DNA of 64,000 bases from Armatimonadota bacterium (GTDB taxonomy: Bacteria; Armatimonadota; SYMT01). The DNA lies in assembly GCA_041690135.1 (NCBI GenBank), contig JAWLHY010000002.1, positions 96,001 through 160,000 of the forward strand. Reading direction: 5' to 3'. The translations under genes were made by a program, and so were the position numbers. Shown piece after piece: positions 18,685 to 27,748 of the stretch. The notes beneath the pieces are model-generated. The model did no database searches and had not been told where the DNA came from. It worked only from the letters and a program-made list of their open reading frames with translations. The stretch's first letter is position 1. Each line of letters opens with the position of its first letter.

Positions 18685-20898
18685 CTACCGGATGCGTCGA
18701 CCGGTAAAGTACAGCAGCTTGTTCGGCTTGTTGAAGACGATGGAAGACGGCTTGAACTTCCAGCCCGGCAGGCCGGCCACCGCCCGGTACTTCACACCTT
18801 TCTGAAACCCCGCGGCGCTGAACAAGCCGGTCGCATCCGACTTCGCCGGTTTGGGCACGGAGCGTCCCCGTCGCCCGATCGGCACGAAGGTGACGGTGAC
18901 CCCGTTGATCCCGTTGGTCAGGTGATCCCCCGCGAAGCCGAAGAGGGTATACCCATCCACCTCCGCGCTGAAGTCGAGATCCGCGCGCTCGCTCGAGAAC
19001 TCCAGGAAAGCGGGAGTAAATCTGTACCCGGTGAGAGTCGGGGTGACGCGGTAGGTGACGAACGGCTGGACATTCGCGCGGCTCCAGGTGCCGGACTTGT
19101 TGGTGGTCACCGGGGCCGGAGCCGCCGCGTTGCCTTTGACCACCTGAAAGGTCAACTTCACCCCGGGAAGGTAGCCGAACGGTCCCAAAATGGTTCCGGA
19201 CACCGCGTAGGGAGGTACGTAGGCGCCCGCGTAGGCACCGGGAGTGAAGGGGCCGCGTGCGTCCCCGACGTAATCCTCCGGAACCCCATTGTCGTTGTCT
19301 CCCAACGGTAGGGGCGGCTGGTCAGGCGCTTCCTTCTCAAACGCAAACGCGGGAATCTGTAAGGTACGAAGGGTCACCAGGTTGCCGTTGGGGCGCGGCC
19401 GGAGGTCTCCCTGCGCCGGGTTCCGGAACTGGGGCTGCAGGGTATTGATCCGGTTGTCGCGCCGGAGCTGGGCGGCGTTGCAGTCCGCGCTGGCGCAGCC
19501 ACTCCCCGCCGCCTCCACTCCCAGGGGAGTGTTCTGCGGACCGTTCCAGAGTACGTTACCCCGGATGTAGAGGTGAGTGTCCGCATGGAAAGCCGCGGGA
19601 ATATTGGAACCCGGCGTGGGGGTCACGGCACCTTCCACGTAAAGGTGTCCCCCGCGGGTGCGCAGCGGTGCCGGGTTGTAGAAGACGTTGTTATAGACGT
19701 AAACCCGAGCATTGGGAATCGGCTCCCGGGCCGACGGATCCGTGGTTCCCCAGCCTCCGGCCGCCAGGTGGGCAGCGCAGTTCGCCGTGGCATTGTTATT
19801 CCCGTTCTCCGGGGCTTCCGCGCAGAACCGTCGGCCGTGCCAGAACGCCATCAGGGGAAAGCCCTGCGGGGTTCGACCATCTTGATAGGTGCCGATGCGG
19901 TGGAAGGTGTTGTACGCGAGGAGCACGTTGAACCCGCCCGCCGTGCCTACCCCTATGCCCGGCACGTCGTGGACGATATTGTTCACGAACTTGACGTCGT
20001 AGGCGTCGTAGTGAAGCCAGGGCGAGCGCATAAGCTCGAAGTTGGAATCACCGCCGGCCAGGAAGCCTTGCCCGCTGTAGTAGAGCTCATTGCGTTCGGC
20101 CCGGAGGTAGGCGGAGCCGCCCTGCAGCTGGACGGCCCATCCACCGATGTCATGCACCCGGTTCGAGAGCAAATGCCCATACTGCACGGCAAAAAAGCGG
20201 ACTCCGGCATTCACCGCGCCGTGGATATCGTTGTTCTCCAGGTAGACGTGTTGGGATCGCTCCACCCGCACCGCGTCGGCGACCCGCTCCTTCACGTCCG
20301 GAAGCGTCGGGTTGGGCCCGTTGATCTCGACGTTGCGGACCAGCACGTGGTCGCACTCTGCGATCCGCAGCAGCGAGTCCCCGATGGAAGCTTCCTGGCC
20401 GAGCAGGCTTAGCTGGAGATCTTCCAGGTAAAGATACTTCAACCGCTCGAACTCGAGGCCGCCGGAGATGTTCACGGTGCCGGGGCCCAGCTCGGCACGA
20501 AAGATGATCGGATGCTGGAACGTCCCCTCCCGCATTCCGGCCAGGTAGCCGAACTTGTTGCGGTTCACCGGGTCGAAGCGATAGAAGCCGGGCTGAAGGT
20601 TGATGCGGTAACCGACGTTCGGAACCGCGAATTCGATGATGCGCTGCCAGGCGATGCGCAGGCTCTGCACTGGCTGCTCCGGCAACGTGCCCGGGTTGTT
20701 GTCGCTGCCCAGGATGGGGTTGACGTAGAGGTCCACCACGGTGGGCTTGCCCGGGTCGTAAGGCCGGGTGACTCCCTGCGCGCCGATCGGACCGGCCGCA
20801 TCAACGCGACGCCCGCTGCCGCCGAGGGCCGCCACGATGCCGAGAATCAACAACCCCAGGAGCGCGCCGGTCGTTCCGGCCTGTTTAACTCGTCGCAT
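18685..20898 (-). CDS. Secreted right-handed parallel beta-helix protein with C-terminal carboxypeptidase-regulatory-like domains
   Basis: LYVNP..GSDNNPG; N.IH/N.VHD repeats; two YRVTP..GY.F.P-type modules; signal peptide starts at MRRVKQ. Confidence 0.75.
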   Translation of the reverse strand: MRRVKQAGTTGALLGLLILGIVAALGGSGRRVDAAGPIGAQGVTRPYDPGKPTVVDLYVNPILGSDNNPGTLPEQPVQSLRIAWQRIIEFAVPNVGYRINLQPGFYRFDPVNRNKFGYLAGMREGTFQHPIIFRAELGPGTVNISGGLEFERLKYLYLEDLQLSLLGQEASIGDSLLRIAECDHVLVRNVEINGPNPTLPDVKERVADAVRVERSQHVYLENNDIHGAVNAGVRFFAVQYGHLLSNRVHDIGGWAVQLQGGSAYLRAERNELYYSGQGFLAGGDSNFELMRSPWLHYDAYDVKFVNNIVHDVPGIGVGTAGGFNVLLAYNTFHRIGTYQDGRTPQGFPLMAFWHGRRFCAEAPENGNNNATANCAAHLAAGGWGTTDPSAREPIPNARVYVYNNVFYNPAPLRTRGGHLYVEGAVTPTPGSNIPAAFHADTHLYIRGNVLWNGPQNTPLGVEAAGSGCASADCNAAQLRRDNRINTLQPQFRNPAQGDLRPRPNGNLVTLRTLQIPAFAFEKEAPDQPPLPLGDNDNGVPEDYVGDARGPFTPGAYAGAYVPPYAVSGTILGPFGYLPGVKLTFQVVKGNAAAPAPVTTNKSGTWSRANVQPFVTYRVTPTLTGYRFTPAFLEFSSERADLDFSAEVDGYTLFGFAGDHLTNGINGVTVTFVPIGRRGRSVPKPAKSDATGLFSAAGFQKGVKYRAVAGLPGWKFKPSSIVFNKPNKLLYFTGRRIR

Positions 20899-21267
20899 AC
20901 TACTCTCTCTTGACGCAGGCTCTGGACGCGCAAAATACCGTCGAGGCGGCGTGCGACCCGGCGAATGCGCCTTATAGTTAGCCCCTGGCCGCCTGGGAAC
21001 CTGCCGCCGACCGTACTTCCCTGGAAATCGCGGCCTGGAATCCCGACCGCGGAGCGACCCTACTAGGATTATCGTCCGCACCCACCGGTTGCTTCCACTC
21101 TCTGCCACCGAGTTTGCGCCTCCGGAGAAATTGACCGCCGCGCCCGGCGTTGTCACGAGTTAAACGGACGTTTAAACTTAGGCGGCAAACGGCCGGGTCG
21201 TTGGCACCGCCGGCTGAAAAGGGAGCGGGACCCCCGTTCCCGATGGGGAGGCAGGTAGGGAGTGAAG

Positions 21268-22872
21268 ATGCCCGAAAAGCAAGCGGGACAGAGCAAGCAT
21301 GGTGTGATGCGGCAGCGGCGCTGGCGCGGTACGATGGTGAGTCTACTGGGTGCGCTGGTAGCGGTTCCCGCGGCCGCGCAAGCGCCGAATGCGCCTCCTC
21401 CCCCGACGGCACCCACGACTCCAGCCCGCCCGCCGGAGGGGGCTCCGCCGGCCGCGCCAGGGCTCCCGGCGCCGGCTGGAACCCCGACCGTGCTTACGTT
21501 GGATCAAGCCGTCCGCGCGGCCCTGGCGCAGAACCCGTCTCTGGATGAGGCGCAGGCGGCGGTCCGGCGGGCGGAAGGAATCGTCGCCGAAGCCCGGGCG
21601 ATTCAACGCCCCCGCCTGGATGGGAATGCCCAGTTCACGCTTCAGGGGCCTATTCCGAGTTTCGTCTTCACCCAGCCGCCGGATCAGCCGGGGGGACAGC
21701 CGCGCCGGCAGGAGATCTCCTTCGGCCGGTCCTTCACCAAGACTTTCAACCTCTCCGCGACGTACGACGTGGACCCGTTCGGCCGCAACCGCGACACGAT
21801 CCGGGCCGCCCAGCGGAACCGGGAAGCCGTGGAAGGCGGCCTGGCGACGACGCAGAATGAACTGGTCTTTGCCACCCAGAACCTGTACCTCGCCACGCTC
21901 CGGTCGCAGGAGTTGATCCGCGTCGCCCAGGAGTCGCTCGAGTCGGCCGCGGAACAGCTCCGCGTGTCCGAGGCGGGGTTCCGGGCCGGTACCGCCGCGG
22001 AGTTCGACGTGATCCGGGGACGGGTGCAGGTCGCGAACGTACGGCAGACGCTGGTGACCGCGGGGGCCAGTTACCGCCGCGCCCTGGCGGCACTGGCGGA
22101 GATCCTTAGTCTGGAGCCGAGCGAACGCCTGGAACTCGTGCCGGTGGCTCTGCCTCCGGAACCGCCGGCCGCGCCCGGGCTGGGTGCCCAACTGGCACCT
22201 CCCGCCCCGGCTCCACCCGCGGCCGAGGCGTCGGCCGTGCAGCCGGACAGCGTCCTGGCGCCGGCCCAGCCCTTGCCGGACACCCTGGCCGAGGCCCTGG
22301 CCGAAGCCCTGGAGCGCCGCCCGGAAGTCTACAGCGCCATTCAACTCCAACGCGCCGCGGAGGCCCGGTTAGCATTCCAGCGTAAGGGCAACCGGCCGAA
22401 CGTTACGCTTTCCGGCGGCGTGCTCTACGCTCCGGACCAGGCGGGCCTCGCCTTCGAGACGACCACCTGGAGCATCGTCGGCAACATCGCCGTGCCGATC
22501 TGGGACGCGGGGCTCACGCGCGCCCGCACCCGGCAGGCCCGCGCCGATGTCGCCGCCGCCGCCGCGGACGTGGAGAGCGCCCGCGACGCCGTGACGGAGG
22601 AAGTCAAGCGCGCCCTCCTCGACCTGGAGGACGCCGCCGAGCGCCGTCGCTCCGCCGCCGCGAATACTGTGCAGGCTCGCGAGGCCCTCCGCATCGCCCA
22701 GGTGCGGTACAACGCCGGCCTGGCGCCCGTGGTGGAGGTGATCGACGCGGAAGCCGCCCTCACCCAGGCCCGGACCAACGAGGTCAATGCCGCCTACGAT
22801 TACCTGGCCGCCCTGGCCTTCCTAAACCGCAGCCTGGGACGGTATACGCCGGTAGTGGAAGCGGGGCGGTAG
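21268..22872 (+). CDS. TolC family outer-membrane efflux protein
   Basis: LTLDQAVRAALAQNP, ALERRPE and RYNAGL...EVIDAE; no adjacent adaptor or pump gene. Confidence 0.9.
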   Translation: MPEKQAGQSKHGVMRQRRWRGTMVSLLGALVAVPAAAQAPNAPPPPTAPTTPARPPEGAPPAAPGLPAPAGTPTVLTLDQAVRAALAQNPSLDEAQAAVRRAEGIVAEARAIQRPRLDGNAQFTLQGPIPSFVFTQPPDQPGGQPRRQEISFGRSFTKTFNLSATYDVDPFGRNRDTIRAAQRNREAVEGGLATTQNELVFATQNLYLATLRSQELIRVAQESLESAAEQLRVSEAGFRAGTAAEFDVIRGRVQVANVRQTLVTAGASYRRALAALAEILSLEPSERLELVPVALPPEPPAAPGLGAQLAPPAPAPPAAEASAVQPDSVLAPAQPLPDTLAEALAEALERRPEVYSAIQLQRAAEARLAFQRKGNRPNVTLSGGVLYAPDQAGLAFETTTWSIVGNIAVPIWDAGLTRARTRQARADVAAAAADVESARDAVTEEVKRALLDLEDAAERRRSAAANTVQAREALRIAQVRYNAGLAPVVEVIDAEAALTQARTNEVNAAYDYLAALAFLNRSLGRYTPVVEAGR

Positions 22873-22880
22873 GCCTCTCA

Positions 22881-23158
22881 GGAGGGCAGGTTGTGGGGTG
22901 GTCAGGCGTTCGGCCTCCCGGTGGGGATAAACACCTGGGCCACCCTACGGGCAGTGAATGTCCGGGTGTTCCGGGACTGGTCCAGATCGTCATTGCGAGG
23001 CGCGATAGACCCGCACCAACTTCCCTGAATTGGATGAGTCTTGGGCCGAAGCACTCAGCTCCTTGAATCAGAACCTGTAAGCGACGTGGCAAACCCCCTG
23101 GTCAGGGCAGTCGCAATTACAGCGATGGGCAGTCCTCTGGTTAGGGCACCTGCCTTCT
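22881..23158 (+). ncRNA. Candidate structured RNA / 3' UTR element (~280 nt)
   Basis: 11-bp closing helix 22881-22891/23148-23158; at least six internal helices with + strand G-U pairs. Confidence 0.45.
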
Positions 23159-23306
23159 CGGACCTTTATCCGCACCCTGGTCCTAATTCACGCGTCCCCT
23201 GGTCTGGGAGCCTGTAAGCGACTTACACCGCCTTGGGCCTCTCCAGTGCTCAACGTTTATTCCGCTACAGAGGGACCCAGCGCCGGAAAGCCTGAACTGG
23301 GGAAAG

Positions 23307-23378
23307 CCCGAACACCCGACCACCCGACCACCTGACCACCCGACCACCTGACCACCTGAACGCCCGAGCACCCGAACA
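23307..23378. repeat. Octamer tandem repeat (CCYGAMCA) x9
   Basis: Nine consecutive imperfect 8-nt units. Confidence 0.9.
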
Positions 23379-23433
23379 CCCGCCCCACCACCAAAAGCAG
23401 GTCTCCCGATCGGCGCTCCCGAACCGTGTCGAT

Positions 23434-24945
23434 ATGGAAACGGCTTCCGACTCCCCTTTCGACCTGATCGTCCGCGGCGAGGTCCTCGATCCTTCGCAGG
23501 GCCTCCGCGGCCGGTACGACCTGGGCATCCGCGACGGGCGGGTCGCCGCGGTGGCGCCCAGCCTGGAAGGGCACCCCATGCGGGAGTGGCTGGATGCGGG
23601 CGACGCCCTCGTCGGTCCCGGCTTCATCGATATTCATGCGCACGTCTATGCCGGGGTCACCTCCTGGGGGGTGTGGCCCGACCCGCCCTGCCTGCGCTCT
23701 GGCGTAACGACCGTAGTTGACGCCGGCAGCCCCGGCTGGACCATGCTCCAGGGTTTCCGCTGGCTCATCCACGAGCGCTCCCGGGTGCGCGCCCTCTGCT
23801 TCCTCCACATCTCCGGCATCGGCCTGGTGAACGCCTGGGTGGACGAGTGCCGCGACATCAGCCATCTTGACCCCCTCACCGTCGGGGAGCATGCCGCGGA
23901 GAACGACGACCTGGTGGTCGGCATCAAGGTCCGCCAGGGCCTGGAGCAGGTCGGCGAGCACGGCGTCGAACCCCTGAAACTGGCGATCGAAGCCGCCCGC
24001 CGCGCGGACTCGCATCGGGAGTGTCTCGCGCCAAGCCGGTGCGAAGGGGGAACGAAGCTCTCGCAAAGCCGCAAAGGCGCAAAGGGAAACGGTGTTCAGG
24101 TGTTCGGGTGTTCCGGTGTTCCGGCGGGAAGGCAGCCACTCGCAAACGCGGACACCTCATCCTCAAAGTTACGGCGAAACAAACAGCCAGAGACGACGCT
24201 GTTGCACACCAACCCGGCTACTGACAGCGGGGGTTTCCCTTACGCAATACGCAATACGCATTACGAAACTCCCGTAATGTGCCACATCGCCCCCGGCATT
24301 CCCCTGGCACAGGTGCTGGAACTCCTGCGGCCGGGGGATATCGTGACCCACTGCTTCCAGGGTCGAGGGGCGGAGTTGGAGAACCTGACGGACTCCCGCG
24401 GTCGCCTGCTGCCGGAGGTGCTGGACGCCCGGCAGCGCGGGGTGGTGATGGACGTGGGGCACGGCGGCGGCAGCTTCCGGTGGGAGGTGGCGGAACGGGC
24501 GCTGGAGCAGAACTTCCTGCCGGACGTGATCAGCACCGATCTCCACGCCTACAACATGCATGGGCCCCTATTTGATATGGCCGCCACCCTGACCAAGTTC
24601 CTGTACCTCGGTATGCCGCTGGAGCAGGTGGTCGCCTGCGCCACCGTGGCGCCCGCCCGAAGTATCGGCCGTCCGGACCTGGGCACTCTCGCCGTCGGCA
24701 GCCCCGCCGACCTCACCGTTTTTCGGATCGCCAACGAGCCGGTCGAGATGTGGGACGCCCACTTCCAGCGCCGCACCTGGGACCGGCGCCTGAAGGTGGA
24801 AGCCACCATTCGCGCCGGTGTGGTCTACCGTCCGGAAGAGGTGGAGCCGGAAACGGAAGAGGAGATCACCCGGCGCTGCCGCCGGCGGGGCCCCGAAGCC
24901 CTGAAGCACGCCTGGAAAGCGCAACTGGGACGGGAGGCGCGCTGA
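23434..24945 (+). CDS. Amidohydrolase (dihydroorotase-like/deacetylase family) with ~87 aa in-frame insertion
   Basis: PGFIDIHAH, GVTTVVDAGS, GIKVR, GDIVTHCF, DVGHGGGSF and ISTDLH motifs. Confidence 0.9.
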   Translation: METASDSPFDLIVRGEVLDPSQGLRGRYDLGIRDGRVAAVAPSLEGHPMREWLDAGDALVGPGFIDIHAHVYAGVTSWGVWPDPPCLRSGVTTVVDAGSPGWTMLQGFRWLIHERSRVRALCFLHISGIGLVNAWVDECRDISHLDPLTVGEHAAENDDLVVGIKVRQGLEQVGEHGVEPLKLAIEAARRADSHRECLAPSRCEGGTKLSQSRKGAKGNGVQVFGCSGVPAGRQPLANADTSSSKLRRNKQPETTLLHTNPATDSGGFPYAIRNTHYETPVMCHIAPGIPLAQVLELLRPGDIVTHCFQGRGAELENLTDSRGRLLPEVLDARQRGVVMDVGHGGGSFRWEVAERALEQNFLPDVISTDLHAYNMHGPLFDMAATLTKFLYLGMPLEQVVACATVAPARSIGRPDLGTLAVGSPADLTVFRIANEPVEMWDAHFQRRTWDRRLKVEATIRAGVVYRPEEVEPETEEEITRRCRRRGPEALKHAWKAQLGREAR

Positions 24946-24949
24946 GATG

Positions 24950-25858
24950 CTACTCGACAGCGCTTCGCTCCCGGAGCAGTTCCGCCACCCGCCGCTTGGC
25001 GTTCCGCACCGCGAGCTGTAAAGGGGTGCGGCCCGCGTGGTCCCTCGCGTGGGGATCGGCGCCGGCGTCGAGCAGCAGGGCTACCACCCGCCGGCTGTCG
25101 TTTCTCTCGGCCGCCCGGTGTAGCGGCGTTCGGCCGGCCTCGTCCTGGGCATGTAACTCCGCTTTGTGCTGGAGCAGCCACGCGCCTCCCCGGGCATCGC
25201 CGTGGTGAGCGAACGCGTGCAGCAGGGTGCGCCCGTCGTTTCCATTCACGTCGGCCCCCCGGTGGACCAGGATCTCGGCGATGTCGTAGTGCCCGTTGCC
25301 GTGCCGCTGGTAATGGCCGAGCGCAAACCAGAGCGCCTGCTGGAAATCCGCGCAGGCCGTCGCCCCGGGGTCCAGGAGCAGGTGGGCGATCGCGGTGTTT
25401 CCCCCATGCCAGGCGGCCATCGCGAGCGGCGACATCCGCCAGGGCGCTTCCGGGTTCCGTGTGTCGGCGGCGCAGACGTCGGCCCCGAAGGCGATCAGCA
25501 ACTCGGCCGTTGCCAGCAGGTCCGCCGCCGTCCCCAGAGCATTCCGGCCCAGGGCCGACGCGGCGCAGTGGTGGAGCGGCGTCATGCCATGGGCGTCTGC
25601 GGTCTGCGCGAGGTGGGTGTGGGTCTCGAGCAGCGCTCGAACCAGTTCCGTGCGACCTAGGGCGGCCGCGGAGAAGAGGTCGAGCCGGGCTCCCGCCTCG
25701 AGCAGCGCGCGCACGACTGCCTCGGCGCCCGCTTCCGCCGCGAGACAGAGCTCCGAGCCGGCGAGGGCCGTCTGGGCGTCCTTCAGCCGCAACGTTCTAT
25801 GGTCCGCCGATCGGCTACCGGGGCGCTCATCTCTGCTAGCAGGAGGCTCACTCGGCAT
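24950..25858 (-). CDS. Ankyrin repeat protein
   Basis: Multiple G.TPLH.AA and GAD.N/GADP units. Confidence 0.88.
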   Translation of the reverse strand: MPSEPPASRDERPGSRSADHRTLRLKDAQTALAGSELCLAAEAGAEAVVRALLEAGARLDLFSAAALGRTELVRALLETHTHLAQTADAHGMTPLHHCAASALGRNALGTAADLLATAELLIAFGADVCAADTRNPEAPWRMSPLAMAAWHGGNTAIAHLLLDPGATACADFQQALWFALGHYQRHGNGHYDIAEILVHRGADVNGNDGRTLLHAFAHHGDARGGAWLLQHKAELHAQDEAGRTPLHRAAERNDSRRVVALLLDAGADPHARDHAGRTPLQLAVRNAKRRVAELLRERSAVE

Positions 25859-26026
25859 TCCAAACCAGCTTCTGGAATCACGTGAAGCAAACGGTGCCGC
25901 CTCAACGTATATCTGCCCAAAACACAGTTGCGCTGGGCCGGCGAGGCGAAGGCTGGCGCGGGACGCGGGAAATCCGCCTGGGAGTGAACTCTGTCCAGTA
26001 GATTGATGAAGGAAGGATACTCACAG

Positions 26027-26342
26027 TGCCAGGATGAACTGGCAATCAGGCGGGATGTAGTTCACCCTTTGTCCATCCGCCTGGTTTGTAGAGTGCTATC
26101 CCCGGAATGACTGGTTTACTGGAATTCCGCCGAATACTGAGGGTTTCCGCACATGAGCCTGTAGCTCGCATGCGTGGGGGTCACGTGCTTATCGACCGAA
26201 GCGAACCGGTAGGTCTTCGCATTGAGCAAGGGGACGTGTGGTAGTACGTTGAGCTTGCGATGGAAGATTGTGGTGTCCTGGTAAGAGCTCTGGTCAGCAG
26301 CAACGGGACGTACTTAAAGGGCACGGAATCCGGCAGGCACTC
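26027..26342 (+). promoter_or_regulatory. Candidate long structured 5' leader / ncRNA upstream of the FHA-kinase cluster
   Basis: Helices 26044-53/26077-86 and 26091-96/26337-42 plus internal hairpins with + strand G-U pairs. Confidence 0.4.
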
Positions 26343-26367
26343 GCCGTAGCTGGAGGCGATTGAACGC

Positions 26368-27510
26368 ATGGGGGAGACGAAACTGGCCCGGCGCGCCTTG
26401 CTGGCGGTTGCTCCGAGAATACTCGCCGGACTCTGCCTGACGACAGTGGCGCGGTTAGCGAGAGCACAAGCGGCTGGCGAAACCACTCCGGAAGCCTGGA
26501 TGCCGGCGAATGCACACGAGATTCCCGGTCGCTTCAGTACCACTGTCACGGTGACGGGAACGGTGAGGGAGTTGCTGGAGAGGAGCGAGGACACGTTTCT
26601 GTACGTAATGTTGGATGACTTCCAGAAACCGATCTTCGTGAAAGCGCGCCTGAGCTTGGGCCGGCCGGAACGGCTTCATAAGTACCAGGTGACGGGCATC
26701 GTACTGCGAGATACAGCGGATCCGCGTATTCAGGGTGGCTATTACATTTTGGCGGACACGCAAGAGCACTGGGCGCAACAACTTACTCCGCCGGAGGAAG
26801 CGAACAGGTCGGAGTGGGCGTTCCCGGCCGCTGCGGGCGGGGCAGTTTTACTGGGTGTTATGGGTGTTGGTCTTGCGCTCTCTCGACAGCGGGCTCGGCC
26901 TCTCCTGCCCCCCGGCCCCTCGAAAGAGCCGGACATCGCGAAGGCGAGGGAAAGGTTAACGCCAGTGGCCGGGACGCCGGCGAGTGGTGGGAGCGCGCAT
27001 ATACCGCCAACGGGTCAAAACAGGCCGCAGGCCCCCACGGAGCCGGGTTCCAACGTACCAGGAGCAAGCACGTTGGCACAGTGGGGCACGGTAACCTGCA
27101 ACGAAACGGGCCGAAAGGTCCCCCTGGTGGGCGAACGAATCCAGGTTGGACGAAAGCACCCCGAAGTGCCGCTTCCCGACGATGACCGATCAATATCCGG
27201 CACTCATGGAGCCTTCTCCTACGAACACAGCCAGGCATTCTACGAGGATCGGAGTACCAACGGAACCCTGATCAATGGTGAACGAATTCACAAGCGTAAG
27301 GTGTCCTTACACGATGGCGCGACAGTGCAGATTGGCAGGAGCACGTGGACATTCGCCCTGGTGACCGCTGCACCCAAGCCCCAGGGAGAACGGAGATTGT
27401 CTCGGAGCCTAACCGTTCGGGGAAGCAGCGGCGAGGCCCTCGCGGAGCGTCATGGCAACGGTGGCACCTCCACCTACTCGGCTGCTACGAGCTCCGACGG
27501 AGATGATTGA
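26368..27510 (+). CDS. Membrane-anchored FHA domain protein
   Basis: Signal-like N-terminus; TM helix; FHA motifs VGR, SISGTH and STNGTLING. Confidence 0.85.
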   Translation: MGETKLARRALLAVAPRILAGLCLTTVARLARAQAAGETTPEAWMPANAHEIPGRFSTTVTVTGTVRELLERSEDTFLYVMLDDFQKPIFVKARLSLGRPERLHKYQVTGIVLRDTADPRIQGGYYILADTQEHWAQQLTPPEEANRSEWAFPAAAGGAVLLGVMGVGLALSRQRARPLLPPGPSKEPDIAKARERLTPVAGTPASGGSAHIPPTGQNRPQAPTEPGSNVPGASTLAQWGTVTCNETGRKVPLVGERIQVGRKHPEVPLPDDDRSISGTHGAFSYEHSQAFYEDRSTNGTLINGERIHKRKVSLHDGATVQIGRSTWTFALVTAAPKPQGERRLSRSLTVRGSSGEALAERHGNGGTSTYSAATSSDGDD

Positions 27511-27748
27511 GCCGGCCGCTACCACGGCGTCTATCGCGCCGCCGCGGGCGGTGACCGAATTCGTGGAGCCGGAGAAGGATCTCGAGGTCTCTCCCCCACT
27601 TCCGGCACAGCGGAATTCCACCAGGCGTCCACGTACTGTCCACAGTAAACCCATGCGCCCACGAACTTCGTCCAACGATGCTTCCCGAGATCCGAAAGCG
27701 AAAGGGAGCGGACGGAAGCGCACTTTGGCTGAACGGATCAAGCGATGA
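27503..27748 (+). CDS. Possible small protein bridging the FHA and kinase genes
   Basis: ATG overlaps the FHA gene end and TGA overlaps the kinase ATG; no recognisable domain. Confidence 0.25.
   Translation: MIEPAATTASIAPPRAVTEFVEPEKDLEVSPPLPAQRNSTRRPRTVHSKPMRPRTSSNDASRDPKAKGSGRKRTLAERIKR

Noticed and set aside
5018-23122. Shared 9-mers GCAATTACA and GCACCAACT in the 4948 and 22881 folds
   Set aside because: They occur in opposite order and different structural context; too short to claim homology.
23135-23200. tRNA-like TGGTTAGGGCACCTGCC
   Set aside because: No anticodon arm, T-loop or acceptor stem.
23307-23378. Possible CRISPR array
   Set aside because: Units are contiguous 8-mers with no spacers, and no cas genes are present.
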